A program made the translations under genes and the position numbers. This document shows, piece by piece, positions 23,423-38,500 of a stretch of 64,000 nucleotides of DNA. The notes beneath the pieces were generated by a model that saw nothing but the letters and a program-made list of their open reading frames with translations, made no database searches and had not been told where the DNA came from. Every line of letters begins with the position of its first letter. Within the stretch, counting starts at the first letter, position 1. This DNA comes from Amphiscolops sp. MND2022 (lineage: Eukaryota), in assembly GCA_964187785.1 (NCBI GenBank), contig OZ076409.1, positions 90,398,001-90,462,000 on the forward strand. Direction: 5' to 3'.

Positions 23423-24481
23423 ACCACGATTTAGGCAGCCCTTACTTCCTCTTTCTAAATTTTGGATCAAACCTAACAAATGTTGAAGGAATAGCACAGA
23501 AACACATTTTGGCGCTAAAATAACGTACAATCAACGTTTCTGAAGTTCGATGCTGTCTCAACTATTGAGTCCAAGACAAGTTATTTGTTTTTATATATAA
23601 ACAATGGATGGTTCAGTTGGAAAAGTTTTATCTTAAGGGGCAACTACTCACCATCATGGACAACAGCTGTAGGATAACCTGGAAACCTAGTAATTTGTAA
23701 CTACCCTCTTTCTGAGATCAGTTAAAACTCTAAGTATTTAAAAGCAGTATAAAAGCAGCAGAAACAAGAGCAAGCAGTTGTGAATCCAAACCAGCATCAA
23801 TTTGACAAAATTATTCGAACTTAAATCAATTCTAAGAGGTATTCTGTTCTGTTGCAGGGATATTTTCTTCGCTAGCTTGTTTTCAGCGGTTTTTGTCGGT
23901 TTTTTGCTCTGCTTGCTTTGTTCGGTTCGTGCCACCACCATGTGGAAAATTTTGATTTCGTCTGATGTTCTCTGTCTTAATTTGAAGGGAAGTGCTCGTA
24001 TAGCCTTTATTGAAACCAAACAATATCCTGAGCCCCGTTTATAAAAGTAACACACGTGTAAAAGAACTATCACAGATTGAAAAACAATCCAACCCCATGC
24101 CCCGACGGTGTGACAACTCCAGATGAAGAGAACAAAAATTGCAAACAAACTAAACGAATGCCTGAGAAAAAAGATAACTTACTAAGTCATGGTTATTTTG
24201 CACCTAAACCAGGAAAAAATCGTATCGAACCCAAAAATTATCGGAAATATACATTTTTAACCTGCGTGGCGGAAACTGATGTCACACTTACTGATAGGCA
24301 CTGTCCACGTGTCAGAAGCTGATGATGATTGTTATCAGAACACTATTGCTAGAACTGCTCGAGATTGCACAATGGTGTTGATGCCTGTGACATGCCAAGG
24401 TCACACCACCACAAAAAAGAGCTTCAACAGAAATGTTGATAAACAAACTCACAAACGTTCAAAGTAAGAATGCTCTATTTA

Positions 24482-27400
24482 TGTTCTACTTTAAATTTAG
24501 TTTATTGAAGCTTCGATATTGAAGTAAGTTAAAGAAACAGGAGGTTAATACAATGAATTAAAACAGCGTAAGTATCAATGACTATTCATACAGCTAAGTG
24601 TATCTTCAACGCTTTCACATGTTCATGTGTCTATATATGTGAGCTACATGACTTCATGAAATTGGCAGGTACTGAGTTGTTCTCTTTTAGTTTTGACCTT
24701 GAAGTCGTTCTTTCTATGCTATTCCACATTCCCCCTTCTTTGGGTTTCTTTAAGGGAACCATTGTGGTGTCGGCACGTCCTTCTTTATCCGTGGAAAAGG
24801 TGGGACCGGATATCGGCTTGGGGTTGCGAAGGTGTAGTAGGCGTCTCCTAAATGTACAAAGTTTTAAAATATTCTACTCCGCCTAGCTTCACTACTCTCC
24901 GTGCCGATCTTATCCTCTTAGACCTACGCGGTTCTGATTTAAATTTTATTTGATTTGGCTGAATATCGATTTTTTGTTTTGACCTAGGATTACCTGTCAG
25001 CGCTTCTTCCGGCTCGTTAGTGTCATCGTCCTGTTGACGGCGTATTGGCGTACCGGAATGGTCTGGTCTCGGCGGATTGTTGGCCAGTTCGGTGCTGCAC
25101 CCGATAGGTGTTGTAAGTGTCGGTGTCTGGTCCCGTAGTCTATCTCGCGTCCAATCTCGTCTGGTAGATCCGTCTCTTCCGGTTCTTCCTCGGTGTTCGA
25201 GCTGTCTTCGCCCACACTGGCATCGGTTAGATTGGACTCGCGGCTAGATGAGTCGTACATGACCACACGGTTATACTTTCTTTTCGCCGGCATTGTTGGT
25301 AGTGTGTGGCTGGTACTTGAGTTGTTGTCAGCGGTGTTGTTGTTCGGGTCCTGGCGTTGATGGGTCTCACAGAGTTCGCCATGGCTAAATTTTCCGCATT
25401 TTCTGCATCTGGTGATGGCTCTTCTCTGTTCCTCGGTTCTTCTAGAAGTCTGAAATATTAACGGTTTAGAAGCCAGTTTTTTACGTATTACTCTTCCCTC
25501 GGAAGTAGTAATTGTGTGGTCGGTTTCTCCTACCGCTGTTAAAAGTTTGTTTGTTTTAAAACCACATTTCATTGAATTGGGTTTATTCTTCTTTTCATAA
25601 AACTGGTACTTTTTAAAATTCCGGCTTACCGAACGACCTCTTTTCCGTGTGTCATTCAACACCATGTAAACTGTCATTTCCACTTCGGAGTCGTTGATGG
25701 TGACTACTTGTAGCTCCGTCGGCTGTGCTGAAATGTAATTGGTTAACGTTTTCTTCCAATTAGATAACAAACATTCCAGTTTACCGATTAAGTTTGTGAG
25801 TGCAGTGCGTGGTTTTCTGCCTAAATGCATTTGGAATGGTGTCATGTTTAATCTACTGTGTGGGGTTTGTCTAATCGTTTTGATTGCTAATTGGACGCTG
25901 TCTTCGAATTTTAATCCATCTGCCATTTTGGATCTGGTTAATGATTTAATTGTCCGTATCATTCGCTCGACTAGGCCGGTGCCGGTATATAAATTCGGCG
26001 TGCATCTAATGCGTTTTATGTTTTCACCGTTGCAAAATTTATTAAAATCGTTGCTTCTGAAACAACTGCGGTTATCGGTTCTAATGCACTGTTGTGTTCC
26101 GTTATCCGTAAAATATTTAGTTTAACATTTTAAGACGGTCCTGGTGTCCGTATTTCCGCACACTTGTGCGGTAGGCCATTTAGTAGACCGGTCAACTGCT
26201 ACCAATAAATATACGTCGCCGCGCGTCTTTGATTTTATTGAACCGGCGAAATCCAATTGGAATTCCTGATTCGGATCAGTTAAGATTTCAAGTTTATTTT
26301 TCTCCGTTGACGGGATTTGTGTAATGATATTCTTACCTGCGGCTCTGCAGCTGGGGCATGTTTCCGCTTTTTCCTGTATTTCTCGATGTATGGCAGACCA
26401 CCAGAAAGCTTCGAAAAGTTGGTCCATCTTGGCTGTGGAGATGTGCCCTCGGTGCAGCATGGCAATGATGGTCGAACGCATATTTTCGGGGATAATTATC
26501 TTGTCGTTGTGAACAACAGTCCAAATCTGGTTGAGAGGTGTAATCGGTGCGGACGATATGGGTAAAAAATACTCTCCAACTGTTGTTTCTCAATTGCGGC
26601 TATCGTGTTTAGAATCTTGATGTCACGGGCTGTTTCGTCGACAGTAGGGGTAAATCCAATGGGAAGTTTTTCTCCGCCTTCTTTATTGTCTCTGCTGACG
26701 ATTCGTTCTGTTCCGGGTCCATAGTGTTCATTTTCGCTGTCTGCTTGAGTCTGATCAGATTTACCGTCTCGTGTTTTCGGAATCTTCTCAGGGCGTTTGT
26801 CGGGCATTTATCTTGTTTTGCACAACTGGTCTGGCTCTCTCCATCCGACTGGTTATTGTTGATCCAGGATTCGTTATTGTTTTGTTGGAACTCTTGCAGC
26901 GGTGTTGTTTCTAACGTCTCACAGTAGTGGAAGAAACGGTTATATATTTCAATGTTTAATTCCGCGATTCATTTGCGGCCCGCTTGGTTTGGTCGATATT
27001 CTTGGATCCTTTCGCTTTCTTTTCCCTTTCCCACGATACGGGTTTTATCCGGTTTGAGGATGTGGTTTCTTTCTATCCACAAGCGTTTGGTTTCAGGGGA
27101 ATGGCCCCACTTTTTGTAGACAAATTCCATATCAATTCCGTTGACATTGTCCATTTTGTTGTTCGATGACGGTAAAGTTTTGAGCGAATTTGGAACAAGG
27201 TTGTTTGGTAGCGGTGAGGGTTTACGCAAATGATTATTTTGATTTCGTTCGTGTGTATTGTTGTCGCTTTGTGATTGGTCAAAATTTTCTTTCGTTTCAT
27301 TTCGTTCGGTTAATCGCTTTATGCTTCCGAGCTTTTGATTAAATTCTAAGAGGCCGTATATTTGATTAATAACGAAATCCTCTTCGGCTTCCGCTTCGCC

Positions 27401-30400
27401 TAATTCGTCCGCTTTATTCTCGGGTGACGGCTCAGATAGTCCGTTATCGGAATGTTTTTGCCGGCCCTGTATTGGACATTGACATCAAAATGGCTCAATC
27501 TATCCAACCAACGTGTCAATCTTGCACTGTATTGCTTGTGTGCACAGTTCTTTTTTAGTAATGGCTGGAGCGCTTGGTGGTCTTTTAATAGGTTTACTTT
27601 TTTTCCGTATACAAAAGTATTCTATCTCCCATAAAGCCCCTAGTATTTCTAACTCGTTTGTCGCGTTACTCTTTTCACAATCAGTTAGAAATCTACTCGC
27701 AAAGGCAACGGGTCTAAAAGTTTCACCTTCTTTCTGCCACAATGTTGCGCCCAGTCTGGTGTTACATGCGTCTGTGGTGATGTAGTTGTCTTTTCTTGGG
27801 TCAAAATGAGCTAGACATGGGGCCTTCGTGATTTCCTTCTTCAACTTCTTGAAATCTTCGTCTATCTCCGATGTCCAGTCCCATTTAACCTCTTTCTTCA
27901 AGAGTTGTCTTATTCGGTCGGTTTTTTTCGACAAATTGTTGATGAATTTGGATAGGTGTTGTATCGATCCCAGAAAGGATTTCAATTCTTTCACATTTTT
28001 CGGTGCTTCTAACTTGGTTATTGCCTCGGTCTTGTCTCGAATTGGCTTGACGCCATTCTGATTAATGTAGTAACCAAGCCAGGTTAATTCTTTCTTGAAC
28101 AGTTCCGTTTTCTTTTCGCTGGCCCGTTATCCAGCGTTTTGTAGTTTTGTAAGAACTTCCCGGACTTCTTTTTCATGATCTTCGATACTGTCGTTGGTCA
28201 CACATATGATGTCATCCAGCCAGACTGGTGTTTTGAATTCCAATACGGCATCGATATGTTCTTGAAACACCGTAGGGATGTCCGATAAGCCGTAGAAACC
28301 TTTTTTGAAACGGTAGTGCCCGGTGAAATCTCCTCCGATAATGGAGAATGCGCAGTGTTTGGCGGCTTCTTTGGATAGTTTTGCCTGGCCGTATGCGTAA
28401 TCCAAGTCGATCCATCGCCTCCATCCAAATTTCTCCATCGCCTTTGTTGTTTTTGGCGGAAATCTTGCTAATTAGTTCTTCCATGTTCGGCATTGCGGCT
28501 TTCCTTTTTATGCACGCTTCGTTCAGTTTTCTTGAATCCAGTGCTATTTTGACTGATTTGTCTTTTTTGATAGTGATGACTGCAGGCGATATAAAGCAAT
28601 TTGCAGTTGTTTTGTCAGCTTTCTCAAGATGTCCCTTCGCAATTAATTTTTCTATTTCTTCTCGAACGATTTTTTGAAAATGGATTGGAACTGGTCGCCC
28701 CTTCTGTTGTATGGGCTTGACGTCTTTCTTCAGCTGAATATCAATGGTAAGGTCTTTGATAGTGTGGTTGTTTTTAAATAGATCTTCGTGTTCGTCGATG
28801 ATTTTCTTTCTCTTCTTCCACGTAACGGATGACGTTTGTTTTCTTGCTGCCTTGTAATCCAATTTCTAATTTATCAAGCCAGTCTAGGCCCAATAGTGGT
28901 TGTGTGTTCTTGTTTTCCGTTATGAGAATCGGTAATGTTCCTTTACTTTTTTCTGTTTTCACTTCAACCATCGCTTCACCTTTGAATTTTTTTGGATTCT
29001 TGTTTTCATCTACAAAGGTTTTGTTGTCTTCTTCATCTCAATTGGATTAATTATCGGCGGGATAATTGTCACCGGTGAGACAGTATCGATGATGAATTCT
29101 ATTGGCTGGCCGTGGACCAATAGAATTGCTTTGTAAAAGTCAACTCGGTTAATACCTTTAACGGATTGAATGTGATCAATTTCCGGTCATGGTTCGGTAT
29201 TACTGTCCGAGGATACTGCTTCGGCTACCCGGCTGATGATCTTGGATTTGCAAACTTTGGCAAAGTGCCCCATCTTTTTGCAATTGTTGCATTGAGCTCT
29301 CCATGCTGGACAGATATGCTCCAAAGACCAGTTTGGTTTCCCGCAGAAACGGCAGTTTCTGTTCGAAATTTTTCTTTTTTCGTTGAATTGGGTTTTTCGC
29401 TTCCGTGTTTGAATTGTATGACCGACCAATTCGGTGGATGTTGAGCTGTTTGTGGAGTCTTTTCTGGCTTTTTTGGTTTTTAGTTTTTTGTCTCCGTATT
29501 TTCGATTGTAGTTGTCGAGTTCTATGGTTTCCAAAACCAATTGTATTTTCAGCGGTCCCTTTATGAATTTATCTCGGGCTCTTTTGTCCTTGATGGTGGC
29601 CGCGAATTTGTATGTGATGATTTCTTCTGCTGTGATGTTGTTGAACTCACATTTTCTTTCAATGTCCACTAGTCTCTTCCAATATTCATCCAATGTTTCG
29701 TTGTCATCTTGTTTCATGTTGAACAACTGAGCTCTACTGTGAAATACGTTTCTCACTAGGAGGAACGTTTTCTTGAATAGTGTCAGTAGTTGTGGTAGTA
29801 CGACATCTTTCAGCTCTCGGCCCCACTGACCTCTCATAATTTCATGCTTGGCCTTCGGGCTCAGTGCTCAAATGACGTCGCCTTTTATGTGATATGCCGT
29901 GCGTTGATCCATGTATTCAGTTCCTTCGTCGATGATTTCGTCGAGAATTCGGTTGTAAGTCAGATGAATATACTCCGATATTTGCTCCCACCACATCTTG
30001 GGATTGATCTTTGTGAGGTCGGTCTCCCTGTCTGACAGGATTGGAATTTTGTATTTGCTTTTTTCCGTTCTTTCGGAAGTTGTTTGGTTATTGATTGTTC
30101 TTGTTAGCTGTTCCGATAACATCGGTCCACCTTCCGTTGAATTGGGGTGAGTGTTTTCGTTTTCCATAATTTCTTTTGTTCAAGTTGCTGACTGCGCCAT
30201 GAAGTAAGTTGAAGAAACAGGAGGTTAATACAATGAATTAAAACAGCGTAAGTATCAATGACTATTCATACAGCTAAGTGCATCTTCAACGCTTTCACAT
30301 GTTCATGTGTCTATATATGTGAGCTACATGACTTCATGAAATTGGCAGGTACTGAGTTGTTCTCTTTTAGTTTTGACCTGGAAGTCGTTCTTTCTATGCT

Positions 30401-33400
30401 ATTCCACAGAAATATAGATCATTATTGATATACAAACCTCGATATACAGTTGGATATTAAACATTACGAACCGATTGTTTTAACCTAGATTTAGCGTTCT
30501 TAACATGGCGCAGAAAGCAAGATTTTAATCAAACTCTCCTCTCACGTTACAAAACACTTTTATCAACCTATGATTACTATACAATGGCCCTGGCAACAAA
30601 GGTACAAGAACCATATCTAGAAGTTACCGGACTTTACGGGAAGAAGTACGACATCTTTCAGCTCTCGGCCCCACTGACCTCTCATAATTTCATGCTTGGC
30701 CTTCGGGCCCAGTGCTCAAATGACGTCGCCTTTTATGTGATATGCCGTGCGTTGATCCATGTATTCAGTTCCTTCGTCGATGATTATACACACCCAAAGA
30801 ATGGACCGAAAGATTTCGGCATTACACAAAAAAGAATCCATAATATTGATATCAAACAAATATTAACGGATGACAGTACCTACCGGTGGCCCATGGGATA
30901 CCAAAGAACCAGGAATCGGACAAGATTTTGTCTGGGGCGCCGGACAGTCGGCAATCGAGATCATTACAAAAGGCGAATTCAATACGGATCCTGACACAAT
31001 CAAAACCGATAAAACGATACAACTATTCTGAGAAAATTATATGCCAAAAAGAAACACATACCTCAGCCGTGGGGACTTCTTCTGGGCTAAACAAGAAGAA
31101 AACGAAAGACCCGAAGAACACTGGAAACAGCTAATAACACTGGAGAGAGAAGAACTGCGAATTCAAAGATATCAAACAAGAAAATCTACTTAAATCGAAA
31201 TTAATCACAAACATATTCGACAAGATATTCCGGGAAAAACTCATCAGTGGAAAGACCCTCAATCTAAAAACTACCCTAGAATTTATTACAAAAAACAGCT
31301 ACGATCGCCGACACAAACAATCTACCATACAACCCGCACTCGCAAAAGACAAAAAAATCAAAGAAGAACCAATCCAGAAAAAACAACCAAAATACAAAAC
31401 CAGCAAATACGGCATCATAACACAAAAGAAAACCAAGTGCGGATATTTTGGACAAAACAACTGGAGCCCCCAACACATATGCCCGGCAAAAACTGTGAAA
31501 TGCAAAAATTGCCAGAAAATGGGCCACTTCGCGTGGGCATGCCGGAGCAAACAGAATAACAACTACCAAAGGAGAATCAACTACGTAGAAGACGCGAGTT
31601 CCAACGAAGAAGAAAGTGAGCCCAAAGAAATCCGTTAAAAAACAAATAAACAAAATATTGCCCGACAACAAGGACCACTACGGTATTGAATTACAAATAA
31701 ACGGAGAAAAACAGAAATTCATCATCGACATGGGTTCACCAGTCACCATCATGCCAAAAAACCAGAATGTACACGACATCAAAAAAATCAAAGCGATGAA
31801 AGAAAGATATCAAGATGTAAACAAAAATGAAATCAAACTCATGAGGAAAACGGGTGAATGTGGAATAGAACAAAATATCAACTAAACTACCAATGTTAAT
31901 CACCAAAAGAAACAACATTACACCAATAACCATAAACAAAATTTCATTGGCCAATGAAGCCAACCGATCAGAAGTGATGTACAAAAAACATCACAATCTC
32001 TTCACTAATAATAAAAACTAACCACACAACAGAAAATGCCGAAGTCAAAATACAAATGAAACCGGGATGATACCCATTACAACAAAAAGCACGACCTATA
32101 CCCTACCATTTACAAGGGGATGTGAAAAATGAACTGAACTGACTAAAAAAATCCAGTCACCTGGAATGATTGGAAACAATCGAAGAAACTTGTTTTGTAT
32201 CACCCGTGATAATTACGGTAAAAAAGGGCAAATCTGTCAAAATCACCCTGGATGCCCGGAAAATAAATGAAAGCTGTATAAAGAAAAGACAACATATACC
32301 GAATATGGATGAATTTTTAAATCAAATATCTGCGGAATTATCGAAAATGACACAGACCCAATCTGGATATCCGTAATAGATTTGGATTATGCATACGACA
32401 GGTGAAATTAGCCCCCGAAACGAGCAAACATTGCAACTTCGCAATTACAGAGAGAAAATCAACGGATATTACCGATTCCGGAAGGGATTCTACGGCCCCG
32501 CAGACACACCTACAGTATTTCAGGACGAACAGACCGTACACTCGGACACGAAACACCCGTATGTTTGGACGGCCTAATATTTGTTACACGTGGAACAAAA
32601 GAAGAACACCCCAAAAAAGTGGAAACAGTACTTACAAAATTAGAAAATGAAGGGAACAAAGCAAGCAAAAAATCCAAATTTCAAATGAAAGAAACCGTAT
32701 GGCTGGACACACCATTACACAAGACGGGATTAGATAAAACGTAGAAAATACGGAAGCAACAAAACACTTCCCCCGAACAACACGAAAACACTAAAATCCT
32801 TCTTGGGGGCAATTCAATATTTTGCAAAATTCATACTAAATTCATCCGAGAAAAAGAGACAACTACTGAAAAAAAAACAAAATGGTAATGGACGGAAAAC
32901 CGAACACCGATTTTAACAATATCAAGAGAGAGCTAACTTCACAGCCATGCCTGGCACACTACAACGGAAATAAAGCGAAAATTGTCACCACCGACGCATG
33001 CAACACCGGCCTCGGAATAGCACCCTGGCAAAGGCAAAACAACGGTGACCTTAAACCAATTGCTTTCGCAAGCAGATATTTAAACGACGCAGAAAAAAAT
33101 ATTCCATCGGATAATTAGTATTACTTGGGGTAGCCTGGGGCCTAGAACGCTTCAGATTTCATCTATACGGAAAGCAGGTCCAGCTATTCTCCGACCACCA
33201 AGAGCAGCTTTTGAAGAATAACAAATCAAATAAACAATACAGCGCCCGATTGATTCGGTGGCTGGACAGACTAAATCCTTTCGACAGTATTTTGAAATAC
33301 ACGGCCGAAAAAAAATCAAATTAACGGATTTCATCAGTAGAACCTCCACCAAAAACGCGAAACCGGAAAAAAATACAAAGAGGAGTTCGTAATAAACGAC

Positions 33401-35216
33401 ATCGCGCAGCTAGCGACGGAAAAGACCGTATCGGACGGATTTTCAACCATTCAAAATGCACCAACGCGGAAATCATGCATAGTTCGCGACGCACACAAAC
33501 TGGTACGCGCCGTCACCAATTAAACAATCATTCAAACTTTCAACTGACCGCTAATCAGATTAATCACACTGAGATGAACAGTCATACAAATCTACAACCG
33601 AAAAACTTCCAAAAGGTGGACAACAAGAACAACGACTGTAACCAAACTTTCGAAGGTCAAGATACTACTTGTGCGCCGACGACACAATGATTAGGATCAT
33701 ACAAAGGAGAGACACTTCCGCGGAAACCCGAGACTTAATCGAAAGAGGCATTGAACTGGCAAAACCTGGAAACATGCGTCACCACTACAACAAAAGACTA
33801 CAAAGACAGATCCTAGTCCCCAGAAGACCGGATAAGGAAGAACGAAAAGAAATAAAACGTATCGACACACGTTTAAAACGAAAAAAAGAACACCGAATAA
33901 CACATATCGGCGGCGGTTACTTCCGAAACTTCGGAGATCAAACACCACAAGGACCACAAGAACCCCAGGAACCGGGTACATCGGCCGAAACACCGAAGGA
34001 AACCAGTAAAGACGCAGAATCAACAATCTCCTCTGCTCCCGAAGAACCTGTCATAACACAGGAACCCGGCGCATACCCAGCCTTCCCGGTGCAACAGTTT
34101 AGAGACGGACCAGTCGAAGAAATCGCAGTACAATACGTACGCATAAATTGGGTTGTAGAAAACAAAGCAACGGGAAACAAAAACAAGAAGACAACATCAG
34201 AGCGGCAGAACTGGACTTTTTGCTCGATCTTGAAGCTCTAATCAAAGAGACCGTACCCCAGACCTAATTGAACTACAATGCTGTATCGAAGACGACAACA
34301 TCAGCCAAAATCCGGAATTTTACAAACCGGTTATGAACAGACTCACCCATCGTTGGGGAATCACCATCGTCGATGACAGATGTTCAAATCAACCACTGAA
34401 AACATTCAAATGGATTTCAATGGAAATTCGAACAGCAATGACTTTGAATGCTCCCCGTTCATATTAGTTGCCGTCGATAGCAACAGTCGGTGGCCAGTAG
34501 CAAAAATCTGTAAAAAGTACTAACCACGAGATCGTAATAACATTCCTACGAGAATTTACAAATAATGACGGAATCCCGAAGTCAATCAAAACGGACAGAG
34601 GCAGCGCATTCATTTCAAAAGAGTTCAGTAAGTACTGCAATGAAATCAATATCACCCACAAAAACGGTACAGCACATCTTGCATACCGGCACAAGATTGG
34701 CTGAAAGAACTATCCAATCACTGAAAAATCTAATGAATGCAATTTTGGAGCACGGAATTAACCTCCGTTGTAGCTTAGAAAAAGCACTACACGTGCTTAG
34801 ATTCACCATCCACCCAGAAATACAAAAAACAGTTTTCAAACTTCAAATTAGACTAAAAGCCAGAACAAAACTAACTCACCTGAAAACAGCTTTTTCAGCC
34901 GATTCAAAAACTTGCCCATCTACATTACACGGAGTTCACGGGAGAAATCACCGACCATTTGGTGATGTCGAAACGAAAACAAACGAAACGGCTCTATGAA
35001 AAAGTCTACAAAAAGAATTCCTTGGGAGGCAAATTCAGTAACAAGATACAAACGACAATCTCGGGTACAAAACACACAATCACCAGCGATAAAAACAAAG
35101 TAATACATAAAAAATTGATATCAAACCCACTACCATTTCAGAACCCGACAACAGCGACGAAACGGATAGGCATCAGGCAAAAAACAGGGGAACAAATTCC
35201 TGCTCGAAAACTGTAG
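24482..35216 (+). mobile_element. Degenerate Gypsy element C whose 5' LTR (24482-24519 plus ~30414-30505) is split by element B
   Basis: TGTT..AACA termini; PBS TGGCGCAG at 30506; gag CKNCQKMGHFAWAC, protease IIDMGSPVT, RT, RH (TTDAC) and integrase fragments with many frameshifts; no 3' LTR recognised. Confidence 0.8.
24520..30408 (-). mobile_element. Full-length but defective Gypsy element B, 209-bp LTRs (24520-24728, 30200-30408)
   Basis: TG..CA LTRs differing at 3 positions; PBS TGGCGCAGTC (tRNA-Ser type) next to 30200; PPT AAGAAGGGGGAA (24729-24740); TSD GATAT/GAAAT; frameshifted gag (CCHC), RT WLDD, RH TDAC and integrase. Confidence 0.92.
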
Positions 35217-35562
35217 ACGCACCCACATCTTGCGGCTACAAAAAGAAGGAAACGCCATAGCCGGACAATTGAGAGAACAGCGAGGACCGGATACGGAGGA
35301 AAGACCAGCCCCGAATCAAAAAAGGACAGTTTACATTACCCCAGAAAAATACCGACAATCCAAAAGAATTGGGTTTGAGCAAGTCGTACAGATTGTTTGT
35401 AAATATGTAACTGAATTGATGACAACATTGATTGAAAACCTGCCTAAAGGTCTCAGCAAAGGAGACAGTTCAAAAAAGACTTGAATACGTACTGCACAAA
35501 TCACAAATCGATATTCAACCTTCATTGTTTTCTACTGAGCAGAATATCAGTTACCCTATAAC

Positions 35563-38500
35563 ATGGAGCTGCGAGCGCAAAATGAAATTTCGTCTTCGAC
35601 AATTCAGTCATCATCGTTATCCCATCTCGTGGGACCTCCAGTCTTCTGGTATGATGCCAACTTTAGCCCAACGTTGGAATGGGACAAGTTGGTAAATTTA
35701 TTCCAAGTTGCCGTAATGGCGAAGTATTCGATATCCCTCACGGAGTTGACAAGAAACGCATCCCAGCAGAATCCGAGGGTACGCGCACTTATGGGGGATT
35801 TGGAAGAAGAGCCTGCTAACAAAAAGGTGGTGAGTGCGTCATACATATCACTTGGTGAGGCTGCCAGGAAGCTTTTTAGAGACAAATTTCCCCATGTCAC
35901 AATGTGGTCGTTACAAGTGAGCGAGCTGATCAAAATGTGCAAAGAGTGTTTTCGGGAGAAACGAAACCGAACCCTCGACAGGCACAATTTTTTTTCTGGA
36001 ATGCAACACACCGGAGAAACTCTCTCTCAGTTTTGGCAAGCGTTGAATGGGATGTAATTTTGGTGAGATTACTACAACATTGGTTCTGGATATGTTTATA
36101 TTACATATGACGAACAAAAAAGTTCAAGAGAAATTATGCACTGAACCAAAAGAACCAGAACAAGCGCTGGAAGCTGCGATCGCCTTCGAAGCAGGGATAA
36201 GAAGGCAGAAAAACTAGGGAACGCAAATTACCGATACTTCAAAAACGTCTGTGAAAAGCGAGCCTATATTTGCAGTAGAAAGAACTAACCAGAAAGAGTG
36301 ATTCAGATGTGGTGAGTCGCATTTTACCATGGAACACATAAAAACTGTAAAGCCGCCAATTAGAAAGGCAAGCAAACACTGCAAGATCGTGGGGTACATG
36401 GAGACTTGCTGCAATAAAAAGTTTCCCCAACGACCTAAAGAAATGATGAAAAGACTGAAAGCCACAGATAATCAAATGCTCAGGGTAAACTACATTGATG
36501 AATAAGAATCAGAAGAAGAAAGCTCGGATGAAGAAGATCAATTAGTGTTACGCGTAGACGGAAAGGGACATAAGCCATTATACATGGAAGGACAAATCTG
36601 TTGAAAATGGTTTAAGGCCATAATTGACACTGGATCACCTGTTTCAATTTTCACAAAGAGAGACCTTCAGCAGATAATTGGTGAAAGAAGAGTAGTCGCA
36701 CGAGACATGATTGAAGATGAACATTACGTGGATTACTACAAGCGATCATTGAAGCTGCTGGGGTATCAAATTGTTCGGATAGAGGTTGTAGGGGTGACCG
36801 TATCATAAGCAAGAGCGCTTGTAGCCCCAAATTGCGGCAAGTCGATAGTGGGACGCGATTGGCTGATTGCTCTTCGTTACCAAATCAAACAACCAAAAGA
36901 AAGTGGTGAGTGCAACCGAACTACTCAAGTGGTAAATGGTGATCAGAGTGTAAGTAATATAAAGTGCGAGCGAATTACTCAAGCGGAAAATTAAATTGCA
37001 ATAGATCTGTGAATAGTGCAAATCCCGGAGAAAAGATAAGTAGCGTTGTTCAGCAAAACATTAGAGAATTTCCAAAAATGTTCAATAGAAAAGGCAGGGA
37101 ACAAATTAGGAAATCAAAATTAACATAAAAATCAGTGCAAAAATTTCACAACAAAAAAGTCGAAGAGTACCGATCCAACTTCAAGATTAAGTAGATGAAG
37201 AGATCGAAAAGTTGCTGACAGAAGGCCATATTGAACGCGTAGAGAAAATTCAAGACGATGCATTTATTCAACCAACGGTCATAACTCTAAAAAAAGGACA
37301 AGTCAGTTAAAATTGCATTAGACGCACGTGCAATAGATGAGTCAATAGCTAAAGACAAGTACCAAATGCCAAATCTAGAAATCTTAATAGATATGATAGC
37401 CAAAAACTAGATAAAGAGAAAGGAGAAGCGTGGTACTCGTCAGTTGATATGACATACGCGTACGGACAAGTAGCTTGACACGAGCTAACAAAGAAGCATT
37501 GTACTTTTCAAATTATTAGGAGAAAGTCAACAGGGAAGTATCGTTTCATTACGGGATACTATGGACTCACGGTAAAGCCGACTGAATTTCAAAACTTGAT
37601 GGACCTCACTCTTGTAAATATAAAGTTTATTTGTGTACATAGACTACTTTTAAAATGTAACAAAAGGAACCAAGACTGAACAATTAAATGAAGTGAGAGA
37701 AGTCATGAAAATATTGGATGAGGCAAACCTACAATTAAAAGCGGAAAAATGCGTGTTAGCTCAAGTATCGAGAGGCTAGGTTATATGTTAACCAGAACGG
37801 GCATTTCCCTAGTAAATGCAAAATCCCAGATAAAAAGATTGAGGCCAGAAAACCTAAAGCAGCTGCGTTCACTCTTAGGTGCCGTCAATCAATTCAATGA
37901 GTTTATTCCAGACTCAGCAGCAATTAGCTTTCCGTTTAGAAGGATTTTCAAAAAAAGATGCGGATTGGATATGAGAAGACGAACACGAAAATAGCGTTTA
38001 ATGGAAATAACAATGGGGTCAAAAGAGTTGTCAAATTGTCGCATTTGAAAAGACAACAATGAAACTAGAATAATTTGCGATGCCAATAAACAAGGCCTAG
38101 GGACGGATTTACCACACAAACAACAAGATTGTGAATGAAGACCTACATGTTTTGCATCACGATTCTTAACAGACTTCGAAATGAAGTACTCTATTAATGA
38201 ATTATAACTTTTAGCCATAGTTTGGGCGATGGCACATTTTAAAAATTATGTATATGGAGTAAAGTCCAAATTAGTGTCCGATCACAAGCGTAATGTCAGT
38301 ACTTATATCGAACAGAGGAAATAAAACACTTTCCATGAGATTAACAAGATGAGTAGATAGATTAGTGCCATTTGATTTCGAAGTAGTTCATGTTGCTGGA
38401 AGAACACTAGGTATGGCAGATTACTTCTCAAGACACCCAAGTAACTTAGAGGGAGCGCGCATAAAAGTACAAAAGCTATGGAATTAATGGTTTACTGTGA

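Noticed and set aside
23738..24467. Short overlapping ORFs as a gene
   Set aside because: No recognisable motif or consistent splice pattern
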